This document shows positions 45,650 through 47,512 of a stretch of 47,512 bases of DNA, piece after piece. Positions within the stretch are counted from its first letter, which is position 1. Every line of letters starts with the position of its first letter. The notes beneath the pieces are model-generated. The model had not been told where the DNA came from. It made no database searches and worked only from the letters and a program-made list of their open reading frames with translations. Source of the DNA: a virus (taxonomy: Duplodnaviria; Caudoviricetes); the IMG/VR virus record IMGVR_UViG_3300032328_000467, positions 1 through 47,512 of that record; one strand, written 5' to 3'. The position numbers and the translations under genes were made by a program.

Positions 45650-47512
45650 ACGGTATCGCTCACGTAAGAGTCTTGGGACGAGACTAAATAAGATTCGCTA
45701 TTCGGTTAGCAAGACTGAAAACACAAGTATTCCTACCGTTGTCGGTAATAATTCAATCAACACATATTCGTTTACTAAAAATGCTGTCAGCACTGACTAT
45801 ATGACTAGTGGGTCTGTTGACTCAACAACGTATTCTCTTTCAGCATATTTGCCGGGCGGTGAGACTAATCAACGTGTGCCAGCGCCACTAAATGATGTCA
45901 CGTATTGGACGCAAGTGGTTGAGGGAAGAGTCGAACTACACCAATCTGGAATTCACGGTGACGGGGAACTAGAAGACATTCAAAACGTTTCTGCTGGACT
46001 TGATGGTCTTATTTTTGACCCTACGGACGGCGATGCCAGAATTTATTTGACTGGTCGTTTAGAAGTTCCTAAAAGTAGAAAAGTTTACGGAACGTGGAAC
46101 TCTGTCGGCAACGTTCCCATAAAACTTATTTACTGGGAGCAAACCCCAGAATACTTTGTAGAGTCTGCATATAGGTCTGATGGGATTACACACTTAGACC
46201 TTAGTGATATCACTCACACACTAGGCGTTGGCGACCTCATTACTGTCACTAAAACTACTGATGATTTTGATGGACTTTATCGAGTAGTTGAAGTCAAGGC
46301 TGACTATGTTTCTGGAGTTACATATGAGCAAAGATACACGCTCACTGTTGACGATTCAGCATATGACGTCGACACTAATACTGTTACCTTTACTTTGAGT
46401 GGCGAGAACCCAACTACAACAGTTATCAAGCCGAACGACCTTGTAGTTCTCTCTAGTGTTGCAGGCTACGAGTCTCTTGCTGGTCCCCACAGAATTCTTA
46501 CGGTTGATGACACTACTACGGCAAACACTATTGTTTTTACTTTTTCTGGTTCGTATACTGCTGACGTCGACAACTTTTATAATACGGTTAGCGCCACTGT
46601 TTACACTGGTGTCCCCACTGACACTGTAAACCAGCAGAACTTTAATCCTCTAGGGGTTGCTTCCGAAGACATTTACCACTACATAGAACTAGACAATGGC
46701 TCCGTTTGGGGGGCAGACGGCTACACATTCCCGATTACGTCAGCGGTGCTTGTCGACGATGTTGCCACTATTACTACCGCTTTCCCCCACTATGCCAGCG
46801 TAGGAGACACCATTACGGTGGGCGGTTTAGATGAGTCCACTAATCAATTTGCGACGACTACCGTTGTCGACGTATTTGATGTATTTGATGCGCCAATTAT
46901 TGCTGTCAACCAAGCAAACAAAACTATTTCTTACTATCAAGCCTCTACTCCAACCGACATACCACCGCCTGAATATGAGGCTAAAAACTTTGGTCCATCA
47001 ACAGCAACAGTAAAATCGTTTGCCGTAACTACTAACGCCAAAACCCCGCAACAATATGCTGTGTATGCAGAAGTTCTTCAAGGGGCAAACGTTGCCTATT
47101 TAACTGAAGCAAAAGTTTTTGAAGTTGTCGGTGAACCCCCCTTTGTTTTGGATGATTACGTTGTTACCGCAATTAATCTAAATGTTGTTGTTCTACCAGG
47201 AGATTTAGCAAATGCTTACGCGACTCTTACTTCACCTCTACCGTCAAGCGTAAAAAAATTTATTTTGAGGTTTGCCGACCCGACGTTCTCTTTTTTGAAC
47301 GGCTCCTACATTGTCCGAGGAGTTAGTGGCAACGACGTTTACTTTACCGACCCCTCTAGTAGTACATACTCAGGGGCAGCAATTGGTGTTTTGACAGCGC
47401 AAATACCATCTAAAAATTATGAAATGTCACCTAATGGGCTTGTTTTTTATGCTGAAAATGACACTGTTCAGACAAGACTTGGGTCAGTTGATTTAGATGA
47501 AATTACTCTGGC
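45639..47512 (+). CDS. minor tail protein, truncated by window end (not in ORF track)
   Basis: TTG 45639 with RBS GGAGGT (45625-30). Reads MPSRRYRSRKSLGTRLNKI... No stop in the segments I spot-checked, including the last line. Contains the ATITTAFPHYASVGDTITV repeat. Confidence 0.8.
   Translation, partial: MPSRRYRSRKSLGTRLNKIRYSVSKTENTSIPTVVGNNSINTYSFTKNAVSTDYMTSGSVDSTTYSLSAYLPGGETNQRVPAPLNDVTYWTQVVEGRVELHQSGIHGDGELEDIQNVSAGLDGLIFDPTDGDARIYLTGRLEVPKSRKVYGTWNSVGNVPIKLIYWEQTPEYFVESAYRSDGITHLDLSDITHTLGVGDLITVTKTTDDFDGLYRVVEVKADYVSGVTYEQRYTLTVDDSAYDVDTNTVTFTLSGENPTTTVIKPNDLVVLSSVAGYESLAGPHRILTVDDTTTANTIVFTFSGSYTADVDNFYNTVSATVYTGVPTDTVNQQNFNPLGVASEDIYHYIELDNGSVWGADGYTFPITSAVLVDDVATITTAFPHYASVGDTITVGGLDESTNQFATTTVVDVFDVFDAPIIAVNQANKTISYYQASTPTDIPPPEYEAKNFGPSTATVKSFAVTTNAKTPQQYAVYAEVLQGANVAYLTEAKVFEVVGEPPFVLDDYVVTAINLNVVVLPGDLANAYATLTSPLPSSVKKFILRFADPTFSFLNGSYIVRGVSGNDVYFTDPSSSTYSGAAIGVLTAQIPSKNYEMSPNGLVFYAENDTVQTRLGSVDLDEITL

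Overview
This window is a fragment of a tailed dsDNA phage genome (siphovirus-like). The head and tail gene signatures most resemble actinobacteriophages with separate capsid hexamer and pentamer proteins; this family-level resemblance is recalled, not database-checked. The order is: small membrane genes, tandem-HTH gene, large terminase, a minus-strand cassette (Zn-ribbon protein plus two paralogous CX5R phosphatases), ~800 bp of repeat-rich non-coding DNA, a second tandem-HTH gene, DUF1360, portal, Dps, a 4658-aa giant protein, two small acidic genes, a 1677-aa modular prohead protease, capsid hexamer and pentamer, major tail, neck genes, tail chaperones, tape measure and three minor tail proteins (the last truncated). 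The most notable feature is the giant head-module protein. It carries two PI3K/HipA-like kinase domains, a GNAT-like domain, tandem repeats and poly-Gly linkers, and shares Q(P/R)RDxxGx(F/W) and L(T/V)A(A/S) motifs with the protease and other head proteins. It is followed by a translationally coupled acidic ORF. Together with the two phosphatases, this suggests a virion-packaged, protease-processed multi-enzyme effector with its own immunity or eraser functions (inference). No tRNA, rRNA, CRISPR array or integrase was seen.
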